From contig DMZH01000001.1 of NCBI GenBank assembly GCA_003484955.1, forward strand, positions 215,848 to 279,847: a DNA stretch of 64,000 nucleotides. Direction: 5' to 3'. This DNA is from Candidatus Woesebacteria bacterium (lineage in GTDB: Bacteria; Patescibacteriota; Microgenomatia; UBA8517). Below the pieces are notes generated by a model, which was not told the DNA's origin, made no database searches, and was given only the letters and a program-made list of their open reading frames with translations. Each line of letters opens with the position of its first letter. The first letter of the stretch is position 1. Positions 63,664 through 64,000 of this stretch are shown here, piece after piece. Made by a program: the position numbers and the translations under genes.

Positions 63664-64000
63664 ATGAGTTACGATTTACATTTATACAACGAGCCAAAAG
63701 GCAACCTATTAAGTCAGGAGGATTTAAAAAAACTAGATAGTGAATTTCGATACAGGATTAGTAAAATTAATCAAAATGGAAAAATTATCGGTTTTTATGT
63801 GGATTATAAAGACCGATTTAGGGAGAGTAGTTCAGAGCCTGGCTTTGAAGTTTATCATCAAGATGAGGAAGGTGAAGGGTATTATTGGACTAATATTTCC
63901 TATGGTGCTAATGAAGATGAGTTTAATGGTTTTGTAGAACTTTTTAGCAAAATTGCAGAGACTTTAAATTTAAAAATAATCGATCCCCAAATTGAGGACG
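63664..64000 (+). CDS. 3'-partial hypothetical protein that runs off the window end
   Basis: ATG at 63664, 7 nt after a TATAAT hexamer. Open frame MSYDLHLYNEPKGNLLSQEDLKKLDSEFRYRISKINQNGKIIGFYVDYKD... runs to the end of the window. Confidence 0.45.
   Translation, partial: MSYDLHLYNEPKGNLLSQEDLKKLDSEFRYRISKINQNGKIIGFYVDYKDRFRESSSEPGFEVYHQDEEGEGYYWTNISYGANEDEFNGFVELFSKIAETLNLKIIDPQIED

Noticed and set aside
63740-63937. 65-aa plus-strand ORF from the track
   Set aside because: A different frame is open from the ATG at 63664 to the window end, with a TATAAT just upstream. The track ORF is an out-of-frame fragment.
1-64000. CRISPR arrays, rRNA genes, IS elements
   Set aside because: No arrays of short direct repeats with spacers. 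No rRNA-like conserved stretches. No transposase-like ORFs or terminal inverted repeats were found on reading the window.

Overview
The window is a 64-kb, AT-rich, gene-dense stretch with short intergenic spacers. It carries about 80 protein-coding genes, seven tRNA genes and a tRNA fragment. I found no rRNA genes, CRISPR arrays or large repeats.

Gene content points to a small-genome bacterium, plausibly Candidate Phyla Radiation (Patescibacteria); this is an inference. Supporting features are an archaeal-type short triosephosphate isomerase, a class I (eukaryotic/archaeal-type) fructose-bisphosphate aldolase, a split transketolase, a short phosphoglycerate kinase, many small membrane proteins, and tRNA genes interrupted by group I introns.

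Housekeeping content:
- A translation module (epmA-efp, trpS, pth, ftsH).
- A large glycolysis and pentose-phosphate block (tpiA, rpiB, pgk, gap, transketolase, fba, a PfkB kinase, a 2-hydroxyacid dehydrogenase).
- Two tandem class A penicillin-binding proteins.
- An nrdR / class II ribonucleotide reductase / PduO-type cobalamin adenosyltransferase operon.
- A DNA repair set (recF, mutM, an ATP-dependent DNA ligase, a 5'-3' exonuclease, an MGMT-like protein).
- A thiol-redox cluster (trxA, trxB, DsbA-like).

Features most worth a second look:
- Two tRNA genes are each split by a short group I intron in the anticodon loop: tRNA-Asn(GUU) at 393-645 and a CAU-anticodon tRNA at 37448-37727 on the minus strand.
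- Each intron-bearing tRNA has a nuclease-like gene nearby: a GIY-YIG/T5orf172 protein near the first and a LAGLIDADG-like protein near the second.
- A three-gene accessory module of unknown function sits directly 3' of the intron-bearing tRNA-Asn: a 347-aa protein with an HEPN-like R-x4-H motif, a GIY-YIG/T5orf172 protein, and a small acidic protein. This is my best candidate for an undescribed system.
- A genomically encoded tRNA-Ile with a UAU anticodon.
- A duplicated 5' fragment of tRNA-Lys.
- A SET-domain protein next to an RGG-rich zinc-ribbon protein.
- A signal peptidase I fused to a CAP domain.
- A membrane-anchored TraD/VirD4-like P-loop ATPase.

All functional calls come from motif-level reading of the translations. 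No database searches were run.
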